A program made the translations under genes and the position numbers. This document shows positions 52,698 to 64,000 of a stretch of DNA of 64,000 nucleotides, in pieces (positions within the stretch are counted from its first letter, which is position 1; every line of letters starts with the position of its first letter). The notes under the pieces are model-generated. The model saw only the letters and a list, made by a program, of their open reading frames with translations. It did no database searches and was not told the origin of the DNA. Source of the stretch: Eledone cirrhosa (lineage: Eukaryota); assembly GCA_964016885.1 (NCBI GenBank), contig OZ024743.1, forward strand, positions 143,964,001 through 144,028,000. Direction: 5' to 3'.

Positions 52698-53954
52698 CCC
52701 TTTAGTGTTCAAACCGCCCGAAACGGCCAAAATTATTTCCTCTTCATTTGTTCAAACCACCTGAAACCGGTCAATAACACCCGCACTAAAATATTGTTCT
52801 AAAAATAAACAAACCATCATCAAAATTTCGTCAATTCTGGATTAATGCGAGATTAGGCCCTTACCACGAAAATTAACACTTAACATAGTGAAACAACTTG
52901 AAACAACATGTGTTTTTTTAACGTTGAAAGTAGATCAGATTTTTTGTTTGTATCAACATGGCTTATGAAAGTAGCAATACCGACTTTGAAGGTTTTACAC
53001 ACGGAGACATTCAGAATGAACAAAAAACAAAAGATAATATTAGTGATTTATCTTCAAATCAATCAGATGTTTACATTTCTGAAATTTCATCCGACAATGA
53101 TTGTTGTTTTGAAAGTGAAAATGAAGGGGATCTCCAAGACGCCATTGAAAATATTACAGCGTGGTTGAAAAATACCACGCCAATATATGTTCCCAATTTT
53201 ATTCAAAATACTGGTCCACAACACACATTAGCTCCCGATGCTAAAGGACTGGATTATTTCTTTTTGTTTTTACCACAAACTTTCTTTGAAGTTGTGGCAG
53301 AAGAGATTAATCGATATGCCCAACAACAGATTTCAAATCGAGGAAAACCCGATCTGTTTGGCGACTGACAAATGTTGCAGAAATGCAAGCATTTTTTACT
53401 GTAAATATTATGTTCGGTATAAAACAATTTCCAAGACTGTGGAATTACTGGAGCACTGATATAAGGTTTAGTGATCCTTATATATCGAGTATTATGCTGA
53501 AAACAACGTATTTAAAATTAAACCAGTATTTGCACCTGGTTGATACTTCAAATGCCTCTATTAATTAATTTCACCTGCCCATAAAAGTCAAATTTGACCA
53601 AAAACATCAGGTAAAATTATATAATTGTAAATTATTGATATTTAAACATGTACTGACAAAATTTCAAGCCTGCACATAGAAAATTAAGAAAATTACAAAC
53701 AAATAAAATTGATAACCCTCTTGAACTCAAAATAATTGTTTCTACTTTAGATACAAGGCCAGCAATTACCCAGTGCATTACTGGTACTTTATTTTATCGA
53801 CCCCGTAAGGATGAAAGGCAAAGTCAACCTCGGCGGGATTTGAACTCAGATCGTAAAGGGACGTAACTATGCTGGAAAGCATGGCGTCCGACCCTCTACC
53901 GATAATGCGAACAGATAAGCATGACATTTGAAAATTAATGCGAATGCTAAAGGG
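52698..53954 (+). mobile_element. Internally deleted piggyBac transposon with a SINE A insertion (~53736-53910)
   Basis: TTAA-CCCTTTAG and CTAAAGGG-TTAA ends. Acidic N-terminus, then LDYFFLFLP..VAEEINRYAQQ, EMQAFF..MFGI, NYWST and YLHLVD, typical of piggyBac transposase N-terminal regions; the DDD core is absent. Confidence 0.9.
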
Positions 53955-54000
53955 TTAACCATATATATATATATATACACATAAATACATACATACATAA

Positions 54001-54768
54001 TCATCATCATCATTTTATGTTTGTTTTTCCACACTTGCCTGGGCTGGATGGGTCCTTCTCAGCACTGCATTGTTACACTCGTAGTGTTCCTTCGTCATCT
54101 CTATGAATTTCAGTGATTTGAGGTCAGCTCTCACAACCCCTGCCCAGGTGTTTCTTGGTCTACCTCTACTATGGCTTCCTTCCATTGGAATTCCCTGGCG
54201 TTGCTTAACCCATCTTCTCAGCACTGCATTGTCAATCATTATCCATGCACATCACATGTCCATATCAATGCAGTCTTCTCTCTTGGACACCACCTCGGTT
54301 TTCTCTTAACCCCACTTTCCCCCTCAGTTCATCCAGGCTATGCCTTTCTCTCACATTTACATTGCACATCCAACAAAGCATGGGTACTTCATTTCTCTCC
54401 AGTCTACACATGTCCTTTGCAGTCAGTGCCCATGTTTCACTATCATGAAGCATCATACTTCGAAGACAGGCATCATACAGCCATCATTTTGTATGTAGGG
54501 AGAAACCTTTTGTTGTCAACAGTTTGAATAGTTCTCTAAACTTCTTCCATGCCATCTTTATTCCAGCATCCTCCTCCACTACTACTTAGGTCACCTCGAT
54601 AGTAGAAGCTATCAACCACTTCTACAGATCCTTCATATGATTGGAAAATGTTTATATCACTGACACTCTTTTCCTCGATTATCCCTGTGCATCTTTTACA
54701 TATAAAGTCTTCCGTTCCTGTTTGTCCACCTGTTATCCCACTACATCTCTTGTGTACCCAAGATTTAC
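54001..54768 (-). mobile_element. RTE-clade LINE 3' fragment starting within the PHD finger
   Basis: SWVHKRCSGITG..FICKRC, VVDSFYYRG, LHDSETWAL and GRPRNTW. Confidence 0.88.
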
Positions 54769-55201
54769 GCATGCACACACACACACATCACTATTTTATG
54801 TTCATTATCAATGCTGGAATGAGTTAGTCAGGTCCAGGTCATCATGATCTAAAACCAGAGAGGTTGGCAAACCCCATCTTGTTCGTACATGCCATATTTT
54901 TGGCATGGTCTATGGTTGTGTGTGCTTCATAAAAGTAACTACTTTATAGAGAGTAATGAGCACATTTTATTGTGGCATTAGCGTTAGGGATATGAATATG
55001 ATAAAATCCCAACAGTGGGCCTTCTCTGTTCCAGCTAACTCACAGGCTCACCATACCCAAAATGAAGAGCATGCTCCATTGGAGTTTTATCATATTTTTA
55101 TATCTGCTCTACACCTAAATCTGTATTGAGTTCTACCCTAATTTGTGGGCTTCCTGATCTGAAACTGGGAACACACACACACACACACATGCACACACAC
55201 A

Positions 55202-55267
<66 letters not shown>

Positions 55268-55269
<2 letters not shown>

Positions 55270-55520
55270 GTGGTTAGGGTGATTATTTACGATTGTTATA
55301 TCATAGAACAAGTGGCATGTTGTGTTCTTGAGCAAAATACTTCATTTCATGCTGCTCCAGGCCACTCAGATAAAAATAAGTGCCAGTAGTAGCTGGGGTT
55401 TAATCTGCAATGGACTGGCTTCCTATCCAGGTATAATCTTTTACTCTTAGTCATTTAATGCCATTAAACCTGGAATAATCAGCAGCCTGATGAGCTTTCA
55501 TGCCAGGGACAGACTTTTAC
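55268..55520 (+). mobile_element. SINE family M copy
   Basis: TGTTCTTGAGCAAAATACTTCATTTCA..GCAATGGACTGG..GACAGACTTT, colinear with 24073-24348. Confidence 0.75.
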
Positions 55521-55674
55521 TTAATATATATTTAAATGAGTTGATGTAAATACCTTTTGTTGTTAACATAATTCAGAACTGCATTCTATTATTGCTTATT
55601 TTTGTTGACTTTTGTCTAACTAATTCTCTAAACTATTCAATATATGACAGCTGAGTTGATAGGAACAGTTGGTG

Positions 55675-55960
55675 GTGGGTGCTGAGAATATATATAGGGT
55701 TGCTGAAGAATCACTGAGAGGTGTGGGATTATAGAGTAGTTAAAGAACCAGTGAGGTCTCTGAGATAACATATAAGGTTGTTGAATAATCAGTGAATTGG
55801 TTGGTGAGATTATGTATAAGTAGCTAAAGAAACCACAAGGGGTCTGGAATAATAAGGTAGCTGAAGAACCAGTTAGTGATCTGGGATAACATAGAAGGTA
55901 GCTGCAGCACTATTGAAGAGGGTGGCTGAGATTATATAGAAGCTAACTGGAGAATTGGTG
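55675..55960. repeat. Degenerate ~40 bp minisatellite
   Basis: Recurring G(T/G)AGCTGAAGAACCAGTGAG..CTGAGAT.A.ATA.A, about 7 units. Confidence 0.65.
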
Positions 55961-57854
55961 CGGGAGAAGAGATGCCCTTTTATTACCAACTAGAGAGGTT
56001 CTCAGTCATATATTCAACTAAAGGGCTCTTTCTATCTTATGGTGGTGGTGGTCGTGGGGGTGAGAGGATAGGATGGTAGGGTAAGAGCAACTTTGTGCTG
56101 TAAATAGTGGCAGCTCTAAAATAACAAACATTTCATTAGCTTATAGAACCAATATCAGCACTTCCTAGTGATATAGCTTGAAGTGGGATGAATACTACCA
56201 AGCTGACTTTCTCAAGATATAATATGTGTTCCTATCATCATACATTTGCTTTCCATATTGAAGGGTCACATACCACTCATACATTTCATTTTGACATTGT
56301 TTCCCTATTTTATCATGGCAATCCCTATTTTATCATGGCAAATGAGTCCTCTCTACTCTGTTATCTGTGTACATTCATCAACCACTTTACAGAGTGTACT
56401 GAGTGTATTTTATCATGTCATTTGGAGTACATTTTCAAGGCTACCATTATTCCTTAATGATTTATGGAATTTAGTCTTACTTATAAGAATTATTTAAGCA
56501 CTTGACCTACATTTGCTTCACTAAATCATAGCCATTATCAACTGCAATGTTTATAGGTGTCCCAGGTCCTATACTTTACAAATAAAATACTATCCTCTAT
56601 ATATAACCTACCATTTTCTTCTGATCAATATATTGACTAGCTTAATCTTGTTTAGGCACTGAATATTTGATCTTTATAAACAGATTATTATTTATAAATT
56701 AACTATTCACGTTATTCAAAGAATCATTTTGTTGTTGTCAAATCTAGTCAATCCTTGTATTACTTTTATTTTCCTTATTTTTTTATGTCTAAATCTGTCT
56801 TTGTGGCTGCATATACTATATGGAAAAGAAAACATATATCTGCAACAACAACACATGTTTTACAATAATAAACTGTGATGACTATGATGTTAGGGATGGT
56901 ACTATTTAAACTATGTAATTATATATAAGAAGGATACATTGACAAGAGCTTAGGTCATGGTTATTGTAAGGATGTATAAGTGATATTCTTTTCAGCTATG
57001 TGTTCTTACATTGCATAAACATATTCAAACTGTGTATAGATAGATGCCTGCACATACATACTCAGACACACATATGCACACAAAATGAAGGTGTCAGCAA
57101 GTGTAAAGACATGTAAAGCATATCATTTTTGTATGTAGAGGTATGTCTGCTCTCAAAGTCAGAAGAGCTGAGCTGACAAATGTAAATATTTCCAAAGCAA
57201 CAAGGGTCTCATATAATTGAATGTTTAGCTCTGGTTTCATGGCATTCAGCCCATGGAATATAAATTTACTCTTGAGTTAGGCACTATTCTATCACAGGTA
57301 ATATTCCCAAAAGATCTAATTCATATTTCCAGTAGCTGTGTAGCACTGCATTAAAAAAATAATAATAAATTGCATAACAGCTTGCATCTGTACTTGCAGT
57401 ATATTTGAAACTGATGACATATAAGTTGATGTTCAAATTCTGACCACCCAACCAATTTTTTTCTGTTATCATCAGCATCATATCATTCTTTGTGATATTT
57501 GCTATGGCAAATCCTGCCATATCCTACTTGGATCATAAGCTTAATCCATCACCCAGTTTAACACCACCACATGGCCCTTTGGTTCATTTAGGGAAACCCA
57601 CTCTGCTGCAAGTATATGGACTAGATCTCTGGTTTGACAATACCTCTCTCCCTCCTTCCCACCTATCTAAGAGGCCCTCCTGACAAAGTAACAAAAAATA
57701 AATACCTAAAACCCCATTATTTAATGCATCTTACATTTTGTAAGATGGAAAAGTGTAGTTTCTATCTATTTTAATAGAGGTAATGTTAAATTATGATAAA
57801 AGTGTACTCTGTATTTATCAGTAGTAGAGAGATTCTATATCAGTAAATGATATA

Positions 57855-58066
57855 CAGGGTGACCACAAAAACGCTCCTTGATTTCAAATACTTATAATAT
57901 CAAAACTTAAATGAATATTCTTACAATATTGGTGGCTACAGTTGCATAAACTAACAAAGTTTCTTTCCTCATTTACTAAATTGACTCGATCTGCTAGATG
58001 ACAGTGTAATTCAAGATGGTGTTCACGCCACAGCAATATAGCTGGTGTATTTTTGTGGTCACCCTG
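57855..58066. mobile_element. Tc1/mariner-type MITE
   Basis: TA-CAGGGTGACCACAAAAA at the left and TTTTTGTGGTCACCCTG-TA at the right. Confidence 0.88.
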
Positions 58067-58669
58067 TAAATAGAGGAAGGATTTATTTATCAATGAGATA
58101 TTTATTTAGTTTTCATAAGATATAGGTAACAGGATTCACTTACTCATTTCTTCTTGCACACATCTAGCACCATAAGAGTTATAGAGTGGCTATATATATA
58201 TATATATATTGTGCCAAGAGGATTGCCATATCTATTTCATAAAATGTAGTACAATATTTTAAAAAGTAATGGACTATATGACCTTCCCCAAATCTGATAA
58301 CAGGTCCAAGCTAGAAAGGCATCTAAAACATAGGCATCTAAACCTGGAAATAGGCCCAGGTCAGATGTGAAACGTAGGTTCCATTTCAAACTGCTCATTA
58401 AGTAAACATGACTTATGTCTGGATTATTAGAAACATAGTAAAGAAAAGGTTAAGAGTCATTATGAAGGCCACGGCTGGCTAAGTTGACATCTAGTTCTAT
58501 AATTTGCTGGAAAGTCAACATTTTATATCTCTTTATTGACACACGCTATGATTAGAGCCAAAGCTTCTAACCATATTTCTAATGAAATACACTGTATTTT
58601 TACCATATTTCTAATGAAATATATTGTATTTCAATTAATTAATGAAGAATTTTAAGGAATTGATTAAAA

Positions 58670-60540
58670 CTAGAAATTTTTTGCAACACACTGACTCGTT
58701 TATGAGTATATTATAATAAATGTGTAAACACAGACAGACTTACAAAAATAAGTCACTCAAATTTATATATAGATTGTACACACAAGTGTAGTGAATGTTA
58801 GATGCTGTTTTCTGTAGTTTGTCATCACCCCTTCCTTCATCAATCATCTGTAGTGCATGACGTCACCACTCCCTCCTTCCTCGGTCATCTGTAGTGCGTG
58901 ACGTCATCACTCCCTCTTTCCTCAATCATCCCTAGTGTGTGACGTCTCACCCCTTCCTTCCTCAGTCATCTGTAGTGCGTGACGTCATCACCCGTTCCTT
59001 CCTCAGTCATCTCTAGTGTGTGACGTCATCACCCGTTCCTTCCTCAATCATCTCTAGTGTGTGACGTCTCACCCCTTCCTTCCTCAGTCATCTCTAGTGT
59101 GTGACGTCATCATCCCTTCCTTCCTCAATCATCTCTAGTGTGTGACGTCATCACTCCCTCTTTCCTCAGTCATCTCTAGTGTGTGACGTCATCACCCGTT
59201 CCTTCCTCAATCATCTCTAGTGTGTGACGTCTCACCCCTTCCTTCCTCAATCATCTCTAGTGTGTGACGTCTCACCCCTTCCTTCCTCAGTCATCTCTAG
59301 TGTGTGACGTCATCACTCCCTCTTTCCTCAGTCATCTCTAGTGTGTGACGTCTCACCCCTTCCTTCCTCAGTCATCTCTAGTGTGTGACGTCATCACCCC
59401 TTCCTTCCTCAATCATCTCTAGTGTGTGACGTCTCACCCCTTCCTTCCTCAATCATCTCTAGTGTGTGACGTCATCACTCCCTCTTTCCTCAGTCATCTC
59501 TAGTGTGTGACGTCTCACCCCTTCCTTCCTCAGTCATCTCTAGTGCGTGACGTCATCACTCCTTCCTTCCTCAGTCATTTCTAGTGTGTGACGTCATCAC
59601 TCTCTCCTTCCTCAGTCATCTCTAGTGTGTCACATCATCACCCCTTCCTTCCTCAATCATCTCTAGTGAGTGACGTCATCACCCCTTCCTTCCTCAGTCA
59701 TCTCGAGTGTGTGACGTCATCACTCCCTCCTTCCTCAGTCTTCTCTAGTGTGTGACGTCTCACCCCTTCCTTCCTCAGTCATCTCTAGTGTGTGACGTCT
59801 CACCCCTTCCTTCCTCAGTCATCCTTAGTGTGTGACGTCTCACCCCTTCCTTCCCCAGTCATCTCTAGTGTGTGACGTCATCACTCTCTCTTTCCTCAGT
59901 CTTCTCTAGTGTGTGACGTCTCACCCCTTCCTTCCTCAGTCATCTCTAGTGTGTGACGTCTCACCCCTTCCTTCCTCAGTCATCTCTAGTGTGTGACGTC
60001 ATCACCCCTTCCTTCCTCAGTCATCTCTAGTGTGTGACGTCATCACTCCTTCCTTCCTCAGCCATTTCTAGTGTGTGACGTCATCACTCCTTCCTTCCTC
60101 AGCCATTTCTAGTGTGTGACGTCATCACTCCTTCCTTCCTCAGTCATCTCTAGTGTGTGACGTCATCACTCCTTCCTTCCCCAGCCATTTCTAGTGTGTG
60201 ACGTTATCACTCCTTCCTTCCTCAGTCATCTCTAGTGTGTGACGTCATCACTCCTTCCTTCCCCAGCCATCTCTAGTGTGTGACGTCATCACTCCTTCCT
60301 TCCTCAGTCTTCTCTAGTCTGTGACGTCATCACTCCCTCTTTCCTCAGTCTTCTCTAGTTTGTGATGTCATCACTCCTTCCTTCCTCAGTCATCTCTAGT
60401 GTGTGACGTCATCACTCCCTCCTTCCTCAGTCATTTCTAGTGTGTGACGTCATCACTCCTTCCTTCCTCAGTCATTTCTAGTGTGCGACAGGACAGATGG
60501 ACGGACAGATGGATGGAAATCGCTCAAATTTATATATAGA
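58670..60540 (-). mobile_element. Non-autonomous Helitron-like element carrying a minisatellite
   Basis: The minus strand begins TCTATATATAAATTTGAG (60540), followed by a (TCCA/TCTG) microsatellite, and ends CTAG (58673-58670). It sits between A and T with no TSD, and the flanks rejoin into a family B MITE. The 3' hairpin is weak. Confidence 0.65.
58820..60487. repeat. 40/41 bp minisatellite, about 41 units, consensus CTAGTGTGTGACGTCATCACYCCTTCCTTCCTCAGTCATCT
   Basis: Read directly; units are highly homogeneous and have no unique spacers. Confidence 0.97.
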
Positions 60541-60895
60541 TTATTCATCATTTCGTTACTAAAACAGTAACTTAACATATAATTCTCATATCAAATTATA
60601 TTTCAATATTTAAAATGGATGGTTTTGTTTCATAAAACCAAAGCTGGTTTTGGGTAAGATGGTAACAAAAATTCTAATTATATTTGGCTATAATATTAAT
60701 GAGTGTATTTTGTTTTTTTTCTTTTCCAGTGCTTTCAAATCTTGTAAATATACTAGACCACCCGTGACCTATTGGGTCATGTTCACTTCAAAATATTTAA
60801 ATAATTAAAATATACACAGGCTTATATATAATGTGAAATGAAACTGGAAGGCCCATATATATACGTGTGTGTATGGAAATATATAAATGTGTGTG

Positions 60896-60996
<101 letters not shown>

Positions 60997-61693
60997 GTGG
61001 GTGTCTGTGATCTATATACACTGGTCATAGACACATATACATACATATATATATATATATATGCACACACACTCACACATATATATATATACACAACAAC
61101 ACCACCAGCTCTCTCTTCCATTCTCTTCTCTGTCTCCTTCTCTCTCTCTCTCTCTCTATGTTTCTCTTTCAATCTACTCTCTCACAGCCACTATCTCTTT
61201 CTCTCTATCCTTCTCTCTCTCTATTTATGAAGGTATCCAGAAAAACCCTGTATCTTGGGAACCCGTGCACCGATTTACGCAAAACTTGTTTTATTCCATT
61301 TGTATTATGCACTCTTTTGGCTGTATTACATTACAGACAAGCAAGCAAGCAATCACAGAATTTTAGTAATATGTAGATATATAGCTATATAACGAATGGG
61401 CTCTGCCTGGCCGACATTCCATAGGTTACACTACATGAAGACCATAATTTCAGTTGTGTCCCCTCAATCCAATTGGTGATATGATCCCACTTATTTTTAA
61501 TTATCTCTATCTCCAACCTCTCATTGTGCAGTGCTGTGTAGTTCTATCATGCACCTCTGTCTAACCTCCACATTGCTATGTACCTCTGTCTAGTTTCTTC
61601 ACTTCCCATAATAGCTAGGGCATCTTTATGCAGATGCTCATCCTACTAGAAATAGCAACCAAATTGTTTCTAAATTACACTCCACTATCTTAA

Positions 61694-61902
61694 CCTTTTA
61701 GCATTTAAACTGGCCATATCCGGCCAGAATTCTCTCACCTCTTTCTGTTCAAACTTATGTTAAGGTATTGTTCTCAAAATAAATAATATCAAAATCTCGT
61801 AGATTTGATATTATGTGAGATAAATTATTCGATATTATGTGAAATAAAGTGTTTACCGTGAAAATACAATAGTAAATATAGAGTAATGTAAATGCTAAAG
61901 GG
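61694..61902. mobile_element. piggyBac-type MITE (family P)
   Basis: TTAA flanks, TIRs CC.TTTAGCATTTA / TAAATGCTAAAGGG; inverted relative to 32784-32997. Confidence 0.9.
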
Positions 61903-62209
61903 TTAAAATAAGAAATCTCCCATTATATGATGCTGTACCTAAACAAATATAGGATGGTCATAATTGGAATGCTTCATTCAGGGTTAACATAGAGCTAAAC
62001 AACAACAAAGAATATGTTTTTGAATTCACTCTGTTGCAACTATTGAAACCACACCTCATCTTCCCACAGTATCCATCCCTGCCTATGTATTTCCTGCAGG
62101 TGTTCAGCCAAGGTATCAGCCACATCAATATCTAGATGGGATTCAAAGGTTATGAGCACTCCTCCTCATACTCTTTCTTTGACTCGATCTACAAGAAATA
62201 AAGCGTTAA

Positions 62210-62868
62210 CCCCTCTGATACCAAACCCCATGATTCTATGATACAAAACTCTTCGTTTTAACCCTTTAGCATTTACATTACTCTATATATATTATTATAT
62301 TTTCATGGTAAGGGCGGTGGATTGGCAGTATCGGTAGAGAGTTAGACGCCATGCTTTGCAGCATAGAGTTACGGCCCTTTACGGTCTGAGTTCAAATCCC
62401 GCCGAGGTTAACTTTGCCTTTCATCCTTACAGAGTCGATAAAATAAAGTACCAGTAATGCACTGGGATAATTGCTGGCCTTGTGCCAAAAGTAGAAACAA
62501 TTATATTTTCATGGTAAAGGCTTTATCTTACATAATATCAAATCGATGGGATTTTGATATTTATTTTGAGAAGAGTACCTTAACGTCAGTATGAGTGGCC
62601 AGTTACAGCTGGTTTGAACAGAAAGAGGTGAGAAAATTCTGGCTGTATATGGCCAGTTTAAATGCTAAAGGGTTAAAGTATTTATCTTTATCTAAAAATC
62701 TTCCATTGTAATTGTATATAAGAACCTTTGTTAAGTTATGTTCTAAACTCCAGCTTAATAATGAGAAAGTTATAATACAAAATCCCTCTAAAATCTTGAT
62801 TATTTTCAATATTATTTGAAAATTATAAGTAACATCATTCATCAGAAAGAAATAAGGTATCAAAAGGG
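62210..62868. mobile_element. Triple nest: family B MITE containing a family P MITE (62262-62672) containing a SINE A (62312-62499)
   Basis: Outer TTAA at 62206-9 and 62869-72; inner TTAA at 62258-61 and 62673-76; SINE TSD ATTATATTTTCATGGTAA at 62294-62311 and 62500-62517. Confidence 0.9.
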
Positions 62869-64000
62869 TTAAGGCTTCCATAGAAAGATATTTTAGCTTG
62901 GGCATGTGTGTGTGTGGGTGGTGGGTGGGGGGTGGTGTATTTTGCTTATTTATTTTTTTGTTTTGTTTCATTTCTGTTCACTGATATTATGACAGAGTGT
63001 CACTGCATGCAGAAGTTAATACTCTCCCCTGCTAGATGTATGTTTGTTTTCTTTTCACTGGGGGTTTTCCTTTCCATTTTCCCTGTAAATAAAAATTTCC
63101 TAATGAAGTCGAGTCCTCTTTCAATGAGTCTAATTTTACTTTACATAATAAAAAAAATATGGGTGTTACCCAGGGATGCCAGCTGAAGAAGGTGTAATGA
63201 TGATGATGATGACCCCTTCCTCTCTTATCGTAGAGACTGTTTTGTAAATGTTATTTTTTAATTTTTTGCTCCTCCCAGCTCTGTATATCTTCTAGCATCT
63301 CTGGATCCGATCCCTGGGGTTACCTATTTCAAATATATAAAATCTAGAAGTAATAGCAGCTACTTAGGAGGAGAAAAATAGTAAATAAAAACATTGAAAA
63401 TTGTATAAAAACAATCATCATCTGATTGTAATAGGAGATGACTACAATTCTCCACCACCCATAACAGCTTTCATAATCAGTTGTGATCCTGTGGTCAGGT
63501 GATAATCCCTGGCCATCAGAAATATCTAAATTTCTATGAACACTCAAAATGCACAGAGCTTAATCAACAGATACCACAAAGCATCTTGTCTGATAGTCTA
63601 GCAATTCCACCAATCCACTGCCCTGAACTAATATTATATTTTATTGATCCTGTAAGTATGAAAGGCAAAGTTGACTTCAGTGGCATTTGAACTCGGAGTG
63701 CAGAGGGCCAAATAAAATACCATAAAGCATTTTAATCCAACACTTTAATGACTTCTATGTGAATAAAGAGATGATGAAGGAATGCAATAGGTGAAAGGAA
63801 GCTCTGTTGGAGGGGATATGTTTTACCCATGTGCAGTTATTCGTCTGACAACTATGGGGTTTCAGGTTCAGTCCTATTGTATGGCACCTTGGGAGTCTTT
63901 TACTGTAGCCTCAGGTTGATCAATACCTTAATAGACAGAAAGTGTGCAGAAGCCCATTATAGGTGTGTGCGTGTTGCCATGTTTATATCTATTGTTTGTT

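Noticed and set aside
58820-60487. CRISPR-like regular array
   Set aside because: Units are head-to-tail with no unique spacers, there are no cas genes, and the context is eukaryotic.

Overview
AT-rich, microsatellite-laden animal genomic DNA. The repeat landscape (RTE LINEs, several tRNA-SINE families, TA/CA microsatellites) suggests a mollusc, probably a coleoid cephalopod; that is inference only. Most of the window appears to be intron of a + strand host gene. Three small phase-compatible exons (4293-4420, 26740-26786, 27846-27944) can be read, and the first encodes a peptide resembling the Ras-binding domain of PLEKHG5-type RhoGEFs. The rest is transposon-derived: a near-intact 6 kb Tx1/L1-type LINE inside an (ATT)n microsatellite, many copies of a tRNA-SINE whose target-site duplications begin with ATTAT and whose 3' end resembles that LINE, RTE LINEs with a PHD-type finger inside the RT, CR1-like, R4/Dong-like and Rex3-like fragments, two mariner relics, a deleted piggyBac with related TTAA MITEs, and a Helitron-like element carrying about 40 copies of a CRE-containing minisatellite. 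Most ORFs in the track are microsatellite artefacts. There is no CRISPR array, rRNA or intact tRNA gene. All coordinates and counts were read by eye and no searches were run.
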